Shown one piece after another: positions 27,543 through 28,488 of a stretch of 28,488 bases of DNA (within the stretch, counting starts at the first letter, position 1; every line of letters starts with the position of its first letter). The translations under genes were made by a program, and so were the position numbers. This DNA is from a virus (taxonomy: Duplodnaviria > Caudoviricetes), in IMG/VR virus record IMGVR_UViG_3300025839_000044, positions 1 to 28,488 of that record. The stretch is one strand, 5' to 3'. Under the pieces are notes generated by a model, which had not been told where the DNA came from, ran no database searches, and saw only the letters and a list, made by a program, of their open reading frames with translations.

Positions 27543-28488
27543 GCCGCCATCCTATTCAATCTCACGCGCACGTGGTCGCTGATTCCGTCTTGTGTCTGCC
27601 CGCGAGCGATCAGCGCCGGGAGCATGGTTTCGTCCACGGTCCCCTTCGCCATGATCCGGTGGAGGAAGACCTTCTCTCGCTCTTGCCCCGAGCGGTGCAG
27701 GCGCTTCACGAACTGCCGGTAGAGTTCAAGGCTCCACGTCAGGCCATACCAGACCGCGATGTTCGAGCCGAACTGGAAGTTCAAACCATGACCGGCGCTC
27801 GCAGGGTGCGTCAAGAGCATCCTGATCTTGCCTGCGTTCCAGTCGCGCATGTCGTTGGGGCTGTCACCGAAGACCCGGCAGTAGGGGAACTTCTTCAGGA
27901 TTGCCGCCTTGTCGAACTGGAAGGAGTAGGCGACGAGGACAGGCTGACCCATAGCCTCTTCCATGATCGACTCCAAGACCTTCAGCTTTTCGTCGTGGAC
28001 GAAGACCGATTCCCGGGGGAGCTTTCGATCCGTCTCTTCGTCGAACTTGTCCCCGAGGTAGAGCGATCCGTTCGCGAGCTGAAGCAGCTTGCCGGTCAGG
28101 ACGCCGTTGTTCACTGCGCGGATGACCTCGGGATCGCCAGCCCGGTTCCGCACGTCGATTGCCATCTCTTCTTCCAGCTCGTGATAGAGCTTCATGGCCT
28201 TCTTCGGGAGCTGGACGTAGTGGTCCCTCGGCGTCAGCGGGGGGAGCTTCAGGTAGTCCTCTTCCCGGAGGCTGAAGAACACGTCCTTGATCGCCCCCAT
28301 GATCTCCTTCTCGGAGTGATCGAAGGGCTCCATGCGCCGGGTCCACGGGTTCTCCCGGAACCACCGCTGCTTGAACTTGGTCATGGACGTGCCGAGGCGC
28401 TGCCCCTTGTCCAGCGCGTAGATCGGCCCCCAGAGGTCGATCAGGCCGTTCGGGCTTGGCGTCCCCGATAGCTCGACGAATCGCTTGG
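27539..28488 (-). CDS. SNF2-family helicase, C-terminal part (5' end outside the window)
   Basis: The frame stays open past the track start 28384 to the edge (KRFVELSGTPSPNGLIDLW, motif III). Also KLLQLANG, ASAGHGLNFQ (motif V) and RLHRSGQ (motif VI). Confidence 0.92.
   Translation of the reverse strand, partial: KRFVELSGTPSPNGLIDLWGPIYALDKGQRLGTSMTKFKQRWFRENPWTRRMEPFDHSEKEIMGAIKDVFFSLREEDYLKLPPLTPRDHYVQLPKKAMKLYHELEEEMAIDVRNRAGDPEVIRAVNNGVLTGKLLQLANGSLYLGDKFDEETDRKLPRESVFVHDEKLKVLESIMEEAMGQPVLVAYSFQFDKAAILKKFPYCRVFGDSPNDMRDWNAGKIRMLLTHPASAGHGLNFQFGSNIAVWYGLTWSLELYRQFVKRLHRSGQEREKVFLHRIMAKGTVDETMLPALIARGQTQDGISDHVRVRLNRMAA

Larger units (their letters stand above)
1..28488 (-). mobile_element. 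Siphophage genome segment (helicase, packaging, head and tail modules), chi-like/Casjensviridae-type gene order
   Basis: Contiguous, often ATGA-coupled minus-strand genes with lambda-type head genes and a long non-contractile tail module. An SNF2 helicase directly upstream of terS matches chi-like phages. No host genes, so free phage versus prophage cannot be decided. Confidence 0.9.

Noticed and set aside
1-28488. Gene transfer agent, DGR, intein/intron, CRISPR or tRNA
   Set aside because: Lambda-type head genes, a 1687-aa tape measure and a linked helicase argue against an RcGTA cluster. No reverse transcriptase, TR/VR pair, splicing motif, repeat-spacer array or cloverleaf was seen, and intergenic gaps are all under about 70 nt.
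1-28488. Avoidance of GANTC, GAATTC or GATATC
   Set aside because: GANTC is common. The two AT-rich hexamers are expected only about three times each, so their absence is uninformative.

Overview
The whole window is one minus-strand gene block of a high-GC (about 65% by eye) siphophage with the gene order of chi-like phages (Casjensviridae). From the right end it runs: SNF2-type helicase (partial), terminase small and large (GpA-type) subunits, gpW, lambda-type portal, S49 prohead protease with a probable nested scaffold, decoration protein, major capsid protein, HeH-domain protein, head-tail joining and tail completion proteins, major tail protein, G/GT chaperones with a -1 frameshift, tape measure with an embedded GH24 lysozyme, a distal tail protein with an N-terminal vWA domain, DUF2163/BR0599 hub, two small tip proteins, a central tip protein with a second paralogous vWA domain, and a DUF2793 fibre. 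A final ORF missing from the ORF track (<1..2332) encodes a subtilisin-family (S8) protease with an intact triad, fused to tandem SPRY-like domains. Highlights are this protease/lectin/vWA-equipped tail tip and a strong purge of restriction-type sites (GTAC, RGATCY, CGATCG, CTSSAG and others; manual scan). The long plus-strand ORFs are antisense shadows. No integrase, att site, host gene, RNA gene or CRISPR array was seen. All family assignments come from motif recognition and synteny, not database searches.
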